In this document: piece after piece, positions 1-11,783 of the stretch
Layout of the letters: each line of letters begins with the position of its first letter
How positions within the stretch are numbered: the stretch's first letter is position 1
Source of the DNA: Podarcis pityusensis
Lineage: Eukaryota
Strand: one strand, 5' to 3'
DNA length: 64,000 nt
NCBI GenBank assembly: GCA_964106645.2
Contig: OZ067045.1
Notes under the pieces: generated by a model
Databases searched by the model: none
Told to the model about the DNA's origin: nothing
What the model saw: only the letters and a program-made list of their open reading frames with translations
Translations under genes and position numbers: made by a program

Positions 1-1254
1 TAACGGGTCACTGCAGTCTACTGCAGCGCATATATTTAAAACTAGTCTTGTAACCCTGAGAGAAAGAGAGAGCTGATTTAGTTATGTAAAAGCTTCTTAA
101 CCATCTCTACATTTTAATTTAATAGACATTCTTATATGCAGTATGATTTGGGCAAATCACATTTGCAGCCTTTTATTTTAGATCATGTTCATTTTGCTCT
201 AATTATACAAGGGCATTCTGTGTTTTGGAAATTTTTCAGCAAACTGTGAAAGTGTATATTTCGGGGGGGGGGGGGCGTTAAGTGTAATGTATTATTCCTC
301 TCTTTATGAACCTTGGGTTGTTGTTTTTCTATATTCTACAGGTTTTTATCAATGAACAGCAAAATAAGCACCAAAAGTATTGGGGATTTTTGTGTCATCT
401 TTTGACATAAATCTGCCTTTCCTCTTGATTCCACAATCAAGAACTCACCAAAATTCAAGCCAACTGTATTTTATCAGAAGTACTATAACCTTTTTTTCCT
501 TGCAAGTCTGGGCTTCAGCTGGGGTGACAGTCTTGAAAACAGAGTCGCCAACTGACAGGGAAATATAATTTTTTTTTTTAAAAAAAGGTATTTGTGAAGG
601 ATGGCAGAAAAGAAAGGGGCAATGCCATGAATTCCTCTAGGGGAGGCTGCTTCACTGTCATTTTCCTCCCAGCTGGATCCTTCTTCATGGATTGTCACGT
701 GTATGGATGGTGCCAAAGTTTGTTAAGAGCAAGCAAAAGAACTCCATCAAAGCTCGTTCCCTAACACAGAAACCAATCTCCGGCCTTACATGCAAGACTT
801 AGCGAGCAGTCTTCGATACCGATCTTTTAATACTTTCATCCCGAATTTCATGTCACTGTTCTCAATCTCTGAACTAACTTGTAACTTTGCTCTCTGTTAT
901 TGTTTCTGTGTATTGGAACTGTCTGTGTCTCCTGCAGTAGCAATACACAAGAAACGTACAGAAGACCTTTTTTGAAAAATGTACTAGCGATGAGCAGCAT
1001 GCTTTGCCAAAAGCAGAAAAGAGAGGTATAAATTCATAATCATGTACCTGCATTCTATGATTCTATGAATCAGCGAATATGTAAAGATATTTTTTATTTT
1101 TAAAAAATCAAGGCTTTTGGCCAATAGTCTTATGAAGTTTTGACTCTACTTGTTTTAACTGCAATATGTTATAGTGTTGTTTTATATTGTTCTTTGGTGT
1201 GTGCGTGCATGTGTGTGTACACCAAACGTATTGAAATTATGAATAAGTGAATCA

Positions 1255-2085
1255 ATCACAGAATCTTTGAAATCTCCAATGAAGGAGAGTCCACCACCTT
1301 CTGACATAATATATTCTACTGTCAAACAGCTTTTACCCTCAAAGTTCTTCCTAATGTTGAGTCCGAATCTCCTTTCTTGTAACGTGAATCCATTGGTTTG
1401 AGACCTACGCCCTGGAGCAGCAGAAAACAAGCTTGTTCCACCTGACAGCCCTGCAGATATTTGAAGATGACTATCATATCACTTCTCAGTCTTCTTGAAG
1501 CTAAACATACCTAACTTATTGTCAATATTATTTTTAAACTGTAGTGCTTTGAACTAAGTGGGGTCTGACCAAGGCGGAATAGAGTAATACTATTACTTCC
1601 CTTGATCAGGACACTATACTTTTTTTGGTGCAATCTGGAATTGTGTTAGCTTTCTTTGGTGCTACATCACACTGCTGACTTATATTAAGCTTGTGGTCTA
1701 CTAAGACCCCTAGATCCTTTCCCTTGCCATCAGGTCCGGACGACTTGGCCGCCTCCATCTCAGCCTTCACCTCGGGGCTGCCAGCAATGTTCTGGACCTT
1801 GGTCAGGGTGGGGTAGGGGGACGGGCGGACCTCCACCTTCAGGGAGATGATCCAGTGCTTGGTGCTGCTGCATTGGTGTGGGACGTGGCCGGGGCTTCCG
1901 AGGCCGCTGCTGTAGAGGCAGGCGTGAGTCCGGGGAGGGGCTTGGCCTTTTCACATGTACTACTTGATCCTTTTCACATGTACTACTGACAAGCCAGGTG
2001 TTCTCCATTCTTTATTTGTGTACCTGATTATTTCAGCCTAAGTGTAGAATCTTACATTTGTCATTATTGAAATTCATTTTGTTAG
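1255..2085 (-). mobile_element. CR1 LINE 3' fragment (degenerate RT), interrupted by a foreign insert at ~1721-1965
   Basis: Minus-strand peptides KDLGVLVDHKLNISQQCDVAPKKANTI and LFSAAPGRRSQTNGFTLQERRFGLNIRKNF match the CR1 ORF2 C-terminal region; similar to the copies at 4850-5174 and 56760-57490. Confidence 0.9.
1721..1947 (-). pseudogene. Captured fragment of an unidentified GC3-rich protein-coding sequence inserted in CR1
   Basis: 76 stop-free codons (GQAPPRTHACLYSSGLGSPGHVPHQCSSTKHWIISLKVEVRPSPYPTLTKVQNIAGSPEVKAEMEAAKSSGPDGKG); 63/76 codons end in G/C by hand count; sharp GC step against the CR1 flanks; no splice sites at its ends. Confidence 0.6.
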
Positions 2086-3931
2086 AGCTGAAATCAATCA
2101 CAACATTAAGCTGGAGATCAGCATTGTGGCTGACAGCAGAGTCAATATATCTGCTATGGGCCAAGTGAACTAAGTATTAGCATGAGCTGAGCTTGTGTGG
2201 TAAGAAGCACAACACGAAAGGGGTACAGACAAGCAGTGAACCCCATCCCTAGTCACATGGGTAAGCTATGGCAGACTGGACTTGCCCTACCATAAAGTAG
2301 AGTGAAACAGCTGCTGGGGGCAACACAAAGGAGAGAATTGTGTGTGCTTGCACTGCTGCCCTGGATTGTAGTGGATGGTGCTATCCAGTTGCCAGTGTCA
2401 AAGTAACAGTAGTCCATGGACTGGGGGTGGCCATCTTGTCCTTTGCCTCAGGTGGCAAAACATCTTGGACCAGCCCTGAAGCTCACCAGGGATTATATGG
2501 ATGGTAAAGAGGATGATTTAACAAGGATTTACAGGTAAACAAAGTTGGCTATGCGATGACATCACTAAGGGCAAAGCTTTCTAGATTAGTCATATAGATG
2601 ATCCTACCCAACCAGGGGTTAGTCACTGAATGAGATATTATGAATCAGATATGGCTCTTCTTTCCAACACCGCCTGAGTTAGTTGTTTTCATCCACTCTA
2701 GAGAGGCTCCTGTGGCTTTAAATTTTATCCACTTTGGCCAAAATGAAAAACTTATCCATTTTAGTGTCTGCATTATAGTGGATAGAGGACAGAGACTTTT
2801 TAATATTTTTGAAACATTTATATTTTTTACTTAGTATTCAAGAAAGACTGTGCTACAGTAGGGTTGTAAACCTCATTCTTGTGGTGAAGAGAATTTATTT
2901 CTGCAAAAGAGTCCAGATCAGGAACTTTGTTGCACAACTTGTAACACCATACAGACCCCTAGCTACTGGACCCAACTACAGCGGGGACTGAGACAAGTGT
3001 TTTCCCTCTGTGTATGTCAGTGGAGACGTAGCCTGGCTGCTGAAATATAGCCAGCAATGGAGAAACACTTATGAATGTTGAAGCTAGCTGAGGAGAACTG
3101 CATGCTGTTTGCTTTTGGGAAAACAGAGACTGCTTTTTGCACTATCTGCATCTGCATGCTTGCTTGCTTCATGCTATGACATTTGTAAATAAAGAGATAC
3201 TACACAAATACACAGACACAAAATCCTAGCCCTCTTTCTTCAGAAGGACACTGATCTTGTAGCAGCTGCCCCTTCAAGCTACCATTCAGGGAAGCCTGGA
3301 GTCCCTGACACAATATTGTTAACAGCTCCAAGCCCTGGGGTGAATGAAATATCAATACAATAAATAGTTACAAGGGAAGCAGAAAATAAAAACACAGCTG
3401 CCCTTAAAAAAAAGAAAAGCCTGCACCTAAAATGACAAAGTCATTTCCTGCTTTCTCTGCAACAGACTTGCCCAATAGACTATAACTTGCAAAGGGCTTT
3501 TGTGGAATACCATTCTGCTCCAGCCTGTGTAGAGAGCAGTCAGCCGAAGGAATTAACCTTTTGAAAGAGCTCACAAGCAGGTGCCTTGTATCCCCACGGG
3601 CCTTGTGTAAATTATTGACAACATGACTAAAAGGACGCAGGATTTGCCTTAGAGATAGACCAGAGATGGGTTCTGCTGGGGGTTGCATGACGCATATCTA
3701 ATGACATTTGGAAATCCAGGCATGATGCTGTGTGCTGCCTGAGCCATCAGCTACTAAAGCTTAAATGGGATTACTATCAGAGGTGATCCAATTTCTCTAG
3801 GGGCATGGTCTATACTTACATATTTCATTCTGTTTACTAATCATGGCTTTCCACTCACCCCGCCCCTGGCAATTGTATTTGCAAGAGGGGCTCATGGGAA
3901 ACTTCATTATTATGATTATTTTTTTATATAT

Positions 3932-4461
3932 TGTTGCAGGAAATTCCAGTCTTCAAGTGGCAAGAGACTTGAGGATTTCCAGTGCTTACCCATCGTTTGG
4001 TTTCCTTGGAGACCTGAGTGTCTTTGGGATATATGGTTTTATTTGCACATACACACAACCACAGTATGGGATGGAGAGGCTCACAACATTAATAATACCC
4101 CTGTAGGTCTTTCTCCCCATTGGGATTTCCAGGGAAGCCCCAAACTCACAGCCTTGGGTCTAGCACAGAACAGACACGCCTCTGTCTCTTCAGCATCCAG
4201 CGTCAGCCCAACTCACACACATATCTGACATACACAGCTCCCTTTGGCCTATTGTCCTCCAGCCAGATGAGGCGGGAAAAGACCCACCCATTTCTCTCTA
4301 TGGCAGCCTCTTAGCACATATAAATAGAAGTACTTAACTGGTTGGTTTGGATGGTTCAGCAGGTTTCTTCTTATACATTCTTCCCTCACAGATAAAGGAT
4401 CTCAGGTTTGGAAGGGACCCAGGGAATCATCCAGACTGAACCACCACAAAAAGACATAACA
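3932..4461 (-). mobile_element. Solo LTR, family A (probably Gypsy-like), ATAT TSD
   Basis: Minus-strand termini TGTTAT...TGCAACA; ATAT at 3928-3931 and 4462-4465; colinear with the copy at 36829-37389. Confidence 0.7.
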
Positions 4462-4849
4462 ATATATTTAGTGCATCCATAATAAATAAATGCTGTACAT
4501 AAATCAAGTCTAGGGGTGTGCCCAACATTCTCCAGCTTTGATCTGCAGATCAAAAATACTAACTTCAAAGTGGAAGACACAGGGTAGACATGCCACACAA
4601 AGCCCACAAAAAGCAATTTGCTTCTATGAGGTGTAGTGATGGCTACAGACTTGGGTGGCTTTAAAAGAGAACTGGATAAGACTATCAAATGCCAGTAGCC
4701 ACAACGGCTATGCTCTGCCATATAACCTCTGGTGTGGAGGAAGTGTGCCTGAGCACCAAATTTAAGAAATATATTAACAAGCCAGAATGTGTGGAGAGCC
4801 ACCAACATTATTAAAAGTCTGTAAACAAAGCCATGTGAGAAATGACTGT

Positions 4850-5174
4850 AGTTTTGTATGTTTAGCATGCAGAAAAGAAGACTGAGAGGTGATATGATAG
4901 CCTCATTCATATATCTGAAGGGCTGTCACATGAAAGATTGAACACACTTGTTTTCTGGTAGGACCAATGGATTCAAATTACAACAAAGAACCTTTTGATG
5001 GTATGAACTGTTTGACAGTGAAATAGACAGAAGGTGGTGGATTCTTCTTCACTGGAGTTTTTCAAGTAGAGGTTGGATGGCCATCTGTCAGGGATTATTT
5101 AGCTCTGATTCCTGCATTGCAGGGGGTTGGATTAGATGACCCTTGGTACCCCTTCAAACTATATGATTCTATGA
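4850..5174 (+). mobile_element. CR1 LINE 3' end
   Basis: agaagactgagaggtgatatgatagcc...gattcctgcattgcagggggttgga...atgattctatga: CR1 RT end, 3' UTR and ATTCTATG-type tail. Confidence 0.9.
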
Positions 5175-5559
5175 CTTAAAGAAGAAGTCTTCAGCTCAGT
5201 TCCCCTAGGATGATTGACTTAAGATCAAGTGGTTCCCTGACTCAGTGCCCTGTGTGCCATGCCACACCCCTAGGGTCCCCCACCCAGGAACCAGCCACCT
5301 CCAGCATATTTATCACAGCAGGTCTAGGAGACTCTCATCAGTAGGGCCCCCTGTTAGGATGCGGGGCATTGGTAGAACATTCAGTTGCCAGCAGTGAATG
5401 AAGGGTAATAAGAACAGCCAACCCACAATGACCTAATGAATGCTGGGTGTTGTGTGTGTGTGAGGGAGGGAGGGGGGTCACCAGTGAGGGAGGAAGCACA
5501 CCAGGGTGTGCTATGTGTCAAAGGCGGTGAAAATAGCCCCACTCTGATTGTATGTTATA

Positions 5560-6085
5560 CTTTTTCATAAAATCTTTAGAAGTTCTGGATCAAAAGGCAC
5601 GGTAGCAATCACATTTATTCATACATGTCGCTGATGATAAAACATTGAGATAAAAACTATCTGGTGATAGGTTATCCCTTCTGCCCCAACCCGGTTGTCT
5701 TGTCACACTCTGAGATTTTCCCTTTCATGATGCTCTTTTTGGGTGATGTTTCAGCCTTAGAATGTTTGGAAATAGACATTGTAATAACGATTGCAATCAG
5801 CCCTTTGTTAATCAGCAAATTACAGGCTTGCCTTGTATTACAATGCATTTAAGCGCCAGCTGCTTATCAAAGCACATTTATGCGGTAACAAGTCTGCCAA
5901 GCCGATTCCTCGTCTATTACTGAGCTGTTAAGACTCGGCAAATGTGGTCTTAATGACTGGCTGCCATTTATTTAGGACACGGTAACCCGCCTGCTACAGC
6001 ATATTGAAAAGAGACCTGCAGGTGAGTGCATTTAAGGGACCACACTGGAGAGTCTATTATGGAAACAATGAATGGGTCTGAATGC
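5560..6085. promoter_or_regulatory. Putative conserved non-coding element (enhancer-like)
   Basis: TE-free, CpG-retaining, dense in TAAT/ATTTAT, CAGCTG and CTTTGT/ATCAAAG motifs; conservation not tested. Confidence 0.45.
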
Positions 6086-6628
6086 AGACCAGACTAGTCT
6101 GACAGCTGTGCAAGGGGCAAGTAGGGAAATGGATAAGGCACTGCAGGGTTTGGGGGTTTTGCCTCTGGGGCACATCCAACATGGAATAAATTACACACAT
6201 ACACACAGAGACAGAAAATCACAGATATTTAAAAGACTTTGACAAAACTGCTGAGCTGTTTTTATTAAAAAAGCACAACAGTTTTCAGTTCTCTTTTTTT
6301 AAAATAACCCAGCAGTTTTTCAAAGTTTTTCAATGTGGCGTGTGTGTGTGTGTGTGTGTAATTTGTTCGTGCTAGATGTGTACCATAAGCAAACCCCAAA
6401 CCCTGCAGAGCCTTCTCCATTTTCCCTCTTGTCCCATGCACAACTGCGAAAGCAGCCCAATACACGTTCAGCCCCATTCATTGTTTCCATAATAGACTTT
6501 CCGGTCTGGTCCCTTAAATATACTCACCTGCAGGTCTCTTTTCAATTTGCTGAAGCAGGTGGGTTACCATGTCCTCAATAAATGCCTGCCAGTCATTAAG
6601 ACCACATTAACCGAGTTTTTAACAGCTC
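5922..6628. repeat. Long imperfect inverted repeat (arms ~5922-6272 and ~6293-6628, ~20-nt spacer)
   Basis: Left gagctgttaagactcggcaaatgtggtcttaatgactgg...gaaaagagacctgcaggtgagt...tattatggaaacaatgaatg is the reverse complement of right cattcattgtttccataata...actcacctgcaggtctcttttc...ccagtcattaagaccacatt...aacagctc; the (CA)n/(TG)n tract is mirrored too. Confidence 0.95.
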
Positions 6629-6910
6629 GGTTTTCAAAACTGTTTCAAAACAGTTCATAATGCTTTATAGGTTTTCCCACCGACACACACTCCATTCATA
6701 GTTATTCTGGCCAGAGTATTGGATGCCTGAAAATTAATTTTGTCTACAGGCTTGGTTAACCCATTGCTTAATTTCTATTTTGTTTTTAGAATATCTGCAA
6801 GCAACCTTGTGATGCCAAGCCTTCTCCAAGTGCAGAGCAGCAATTGAAAAAAGAAAAGAAAAAGATGCACTGAAAAGCAAGGGGTTGTTAGGGATGCTGC
6901 CTGTGAGGAA

Positions 6911-7320
6911 GGGCTGTCACTCAGTGGCAGAGCATATGGCTTACCGTATTTTTCACTCTATAAGACACACCAGACCACAAGACGCACATAGTTTTTGGAG
7001 GAGGAAAACAAGAAAAAAAATATTCTGTATCTCAGAAGCCAGAACAGCAAGAGGGATCGCTGCGCAGTGAAAGCAGCAATCCCTCTTGCTGTTCTGGCTT
7101 CTAGGATAGCTGTGCAGCCTGCATTTGCTCAATAAGACGCACACACATTTCCCCTTACTTTTTAGGGGGGGAAAAGTGAGTCTTATAGAGCAAAAAATAC
7201 GGTACATGCAGAAGGTCCTGGTTGCAATTCCTAACATCTCCAGGTACAGCTGGGAGAGAACCCTGTCTGAAACCCTGGAGAGCCACTGCCAGTCGAGGAG
7301 ACAATACCTATGTTCTTACT
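6911..7320 (+). mobile_element. tRNA-derived SINE split by a MITE
   Basis: gggctgtcactcagtggcagagcat (A box) resumes after the MITE as catgcagaaggtcctggttgcaattcc...gaaaccctggagagccactgccagtc; same family at 11895-12088, 23665-23815, 33063-33263, 35130-35415, 40230-40350, 43020-43200. Confidence 0.8.
6944..7202. mobile_element. Tc1/mariner-superfamily MITE, TA TSD
   Basis: TIRs ccgtatttttcactctataagac / gtcttatagagcaaaaaatacgg; TA at 6942-6943 and 7203-7204; internal hairpin at 7034-7102. Confidence 0.9.
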
Positions 7321-8599
7321 AGGATTGCTGATGTAATCTCAGCTCCTGTACAACCAGGCTCTGTTGAATGCAGGGCAAGCAGGGTTGCCATCCGCCCCCC
7401 CTTCCCACTGCCATTTCTCATTGCCAGGGGGCCTCTGATAGCACCTTGGTTTGTAGGCAATAACAAATGGTGACGTTTATATTTGTTCTGTAAAAACCTC
7501 CACATGCAAACCTCTTCAGTTCAAACTGCTAGGCTCAAGAGTAGGATATGTCTTGTTTAGTAGGCAACCCCTCGGCAGCCTAAGGGAAACTCTTGATTGG
7601 AAGGGAGAAAGTGCTGCTCTAACATTTATCTAGTGGGTACACCAGGCTGAGTGAAGGGCATAAACTGAGGAGTGAAACTGAAATTGCCCAAGTCATACAT
7701 CTGGTAATTATTTTTCACCTGAAGGTGTGGGATTCCCCCCTCCCCCCTCAAAAAACAACAACAAGGGATGGTTAATTAATTAATTAATATTTTTTTTAAA
7801 AAAATGTTGCTTAATATAAAAAACCTCTATGCAGTTTACATAAAAACAATAAAAATGTGACATTCAACATACTTTTCTAAAAACTGGATAAAATCAAACC
7901 ACATCTGCATATCATAAAGAAAAATGAGCAGTGTGCAAATTTACAAAATCCAAAGGAAAGCTTGGATAAGCATACATCTTTAAGAGATGTTCAGAAGGGA
8001 GGCAGTGTGGTGCTGTGGTTAGAGTGCTGCATTAGGACATGCGACGCCGGGGTTCAAATTCCCACTCAACCAAGTCCCTCAGCTCTGGGTAAGTCAGACA
8101 ATTTGGCAGCAAGGGGGTTTTGTACCCTGCTAGCTGGGTCCTGTGGCCCTGAGTGCAATGTCTCAGAAGTACCCTCTGAAGCCTTGCCTTTGTTCTTACC
8201 TGTCTGTGTTACATTTTCCCGCACCCCCCTGGCCATAATAGCCAAAATAACTTGCTTAATGTACGGTACCTTTAGATACACCCAAGGTACTAACACTGGA
8301 TGGACAGCATAGACTAGGTGAATTCACTGTTAAACTATGCCAATCTGGTAAGCAAACAACAACAACCCCCTACTCAGCTCATTTGCAATTAATTAATCCT
8401 ATGCTGTAACCCTAGCCTGGAGTGCAGTTCTAAGAGAGCAGCAAAAGAGAGCTAGTTGTGGGTGCTTAAATATTCCACCTGCCTTCTCACCTCAACCATC
8501 ATTGGTGTGAAATGTTTGTATACACATGCCTTGCCCATATCCCAGATGGCCATAAGAACCGGCCCAGCCCAAATTCATTTGCATCAGGAGGAATAAAAA

Positions 8600-8982
8600 A
8601 AAGGGGGAGGTAAAGAACCCCTGGATGGTTAAGTCCAGTCAAAGGCGACTATGGGGTTGCGGCACTCATCTTGCTTCAGGCCGAGGGAGCTGGCATTTGT
8701 CCACAGACAGCTTTCCAGGTCATGTGGCCAGCAAGACTAAACCGCTTCTTGCACAACGGAACACCATAAGGGAAGCCAGTCTGCACAGAAATGCTGTTTA
8801 CCTTCCTGCCAGAGTGGTACCTATTTATCTACTTGCACAGGGGTGCTTTGAAATTGCTAGGCTGGCAGGAGCTGGGACAGAGCAACGGGAGCTCACCCCA
8901 TTGTGTGTATTCGAACCACCGACCTTCTGATCGGAAAGCCCAAGAGGCTCAGTGGTTTTGACCACAGCACTACACGCGTCCC
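8600..8982 (-). mobile_element. Sauria SINE
   Basis: Reverse complement of gggacgcgtgtagtgctgtggtc...aaggtcggtggttcgaat...gtgagctcccgttgctctgtcccagctcctgcc...caagtagataaataggtacc with an ACCTTT-type tail. Confidence 0.92.
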
Positions 8983-9520
8983 TTTTACCTTTTATCAGGA
9001 AGAATATGCAGATGTCAGTGCCTCTTTCTTCCATTTGGGCGTAGATCGTTTCTCCTCTGAATATGCATCCAGATCCATTATCCAATGCATTCCAGAAAAG
9101 TCTGTCAATACTAAGTATTAAATGAGCCTCCTTTCCTCTCAAGTGCCTTGAAGGGACAGATGAGATAATCCTCCTTTGGAAATCATAGCAATGGTTCCCA
9201 CCCCGCTGTCAATAAACAGAAGAAAGGCAGAAAGGTATGTGCCTGCTTCTCTCTCAGAAGCTGCTTTCTCCCAGGAAAATCATTGGGAAAGTGTTTTCAT
9301 TTGGTGTGAGCCTGGGCCTGATTTCTTAGGATCTGGCCCTTCTCATTAATTTCTATTGTATGGTTTGAGTTACAGCACCCTCCTGGTCATTGTTAGTTCT
9401 GCTGGGCTGCCAGGTCACTTGACCAAGCTAAATGGGGTTAGGATCTAGCATGTCTGTCCTTCTTGGTCCCACCCCCACCACTCCCCCAGGACACCCACTT
9501 TTCAGGACATACAGCAGCTT

Positions 9521-10251
9521 TTTTTAAAAAAAATAATATTTATTACTTTTCCAAAAATTTAAACACTAAAAAGACAATACAATGCAATACATTATACTAA
9601 CAAAACAAAACAAAAACAATAAAATAAATCAAACAATTTCATTATCCCATCTTTCATTCACTTATTTCCACGACCTCCTCACACCTCCCTTTTTGTATTC
9701 CACTTCTGTTAATTATTTCAGCAATTCCTTTCCATCTTCCTCTGTTTTCTATCCTATAATTATCTTAACTCATTCTAACCTTATTTTTTCCTTTAATACT
9801 CTATTAATCTATTTATACTTAATTCTTTATAACGTTTCTACTAAAGCCATATAACGTCATTCCAACATTTTTCTAACATTCATTAATTTTACAGTATTTC
9901 TGTAAATAGTCTTTAAATTTTTTCCAGTCTTCTTCCACCGACTCTTCTCCCTGGTCTCGGATTCTGCCAGTCATTTCCGCCAGTTCCATATAGTCCATCA
10001 ACTTCATCTGCCATTCTTCCCGGGTGGGTAAATCTTGTGTCTTCCAATATTTTGCGATGAGTATCCTTGCTGCTGTTGTTGCATACATAAAAAAAAATTC
10101 TATCCTTCTTTGACACCAATTGGCCGACCATGCCCAGGAGAAAAGCCTCTGGTTTCTTCAGAAAGGTATATTTAAATACCTTTTTCATTTCGTTATAAAT
10201 CATCTCCCAGAATGTCTTAATCCTTGGGCATGTCTTAATCCTTGGGCATGG
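9521..10251 (-). mobile_element. 5'-truncated L1 (ORF2 C-terminus and 3' UTR), 16-bp TSD
   Basis: Peptides CPRIKTFWEMIYNEMKKVF... and YATTAARILIAKYWKTQDLPTREEWQMKL..., joined across a frameshift in an A-run near 10090; TSD ggacatacagcagctt at 9505-9520 and 10252-10267. Confidence 0.88.
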
Positions 10252-11150
10252 GGACATACAGCAGCTTAAGATCCACTAGGATCAGCTGAGCCAGCTATGT
10301 CCTGTCTGAACTGAGCCTGGAGACTTATTCTGGCATGGCCAGCTGAGCCAGGACCCAGCCGGCTGAGCCAGAGATCTTCTGAATCCTAACTCATCCCAGT
10401 GGATCTAGGGATAGGGTTGCACTTTAAATTAGGTCCATTAATTTCAGTGTGTCTACTTGGAATAAAACCTAGTTGGCTGCAACCCTATATGTCCAAGAAA
10501 ATGTATGTATAATCATGCTAATGTTTGTTAAAATAATAAAATTGCATATATCTGCTTTGTTCCTCTTTTAGAGGATATAAAGTACTCAGAAACCAAAAAT
10601 GAGACTGATGACGACTGTGTTCCTGGAGACGGAAGAATGGCCATTATGTTCTGCTCTTAAAGCCATGAGGGCTAAATTGGCAATGCGGACCAAAATTGCA
10701 GGCATAACATTTGAAGATATGTATTTTTAAAAATGTGAGGGGTGGGGTGGTTACAGATGAAAAAATTATTCTGAGCATGATGGAAAAGCTGCAGGATTTG
10801 GTGCTTTTCGATCAAGCCATGAAACATTTTCCTTCCGCTATCACTCACTTTTTGAAAGCTAAGCCTTTTTTTTTTTTTGCTCGCTATTTCATAAGGCAGG
10901 AAAATGCTTTACTATTAGCTCCCATTAGCCAACCATTCTGAGCCATTAAACAGCAATCTGCCTAACAAAGGTATGTCCAGTGGTCAGCCAACAGTGTAAC
11001 AATACAAAGGGAGGGGGCAGATCAAATGCAGATTTGCATATGAACATGAGAAGAACCTGTCGAATGACCCAATCAGGCCAGCATCCTGTTTTCACAGTGG
11101 TCAGCCAGATGCCTGTGGGAAACTCTCAAGGGGGACCTGAACACAGTGAT

Positions 11151-11783
11151 AAAGGTAAAGGGACCCCTGACCATTAGGTCCAGTCGTGACCGACACTGGG
11201 GTTGCGGCGCTCATCTTGCTTTATTGGCCGAGGGAGCCGGCGTACAGCTTCCGGGTCATGTGGCCAGCATGACTAAGCCGCTTCTGGCGAACCAGAGCAG
11301 TGCATGGAAATGCCGTTTACCTTCCTGTTGGAGCAGTACCTATTTATCTACTTGCACTTTGACGTGCTTTCGAACTGCTAGGTTAGCAGGAGCAGGGACC
11401 GAGCAACGGGAGCTCTGTCGCAGTCTTTTTAATGTGAGCTATATAGAAGTATTTACAAAAGCAGTTCATACAGAGTACCTGCACCTTAAGGCAAACGAAA
11501 ATTCTCCACCACAGCACCACCACACTACAGCACAACCACACCACAACCACACTTACTGTTGAACAGGCTTTCCTTTTAAAACAGGTGATAGCCAATCACA
11601 TTCCTGCTGAGTCACTCTGACCCAGCACTTCACAGAGTATTGCATCAGCCTGTTGAAGCCTGCAGACTTACTCATCATCCTGCGAATCCCAACAAGCTCA
11701 CCCCGTCGCGGGGATTCGAAGCACCAATCTTCTGATCGGCAAGTCCTAGGCTCTGTGGTTTAACCCACAGCGCCACCCTCGTC
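11151..11783 (-). mobile_element. Sauria SINE interrupted by a solo LTR
   Basis: aaaggtaaagggacccctgaccattaggtccagtcg...taacccacagcgccacc; imperfect TSD gaacacagtgat / gaatacagtgat. Confidence 0.92.
11416..11694 (-). mobile_element. 279-bp solo LTR (Copia-like by size and 5-bp TSD)
   Basis: TG...CA termini (minus strand TGTTGGG...GCGACA); exact TSD agctc at 11411-11415 and 11695-11699; ATTGG box, TTTAAAA and ATTAAA in LTR order on the minus strand. Confidence 0.85.

Noticed and set aside
1-1250. 3' UTR or terminal exon of an upstream gene
   Set aside because: TE-poor and T-rich with an acceptor-like site at 341, but no coding frame or clear poly(A) signal; unsupported.
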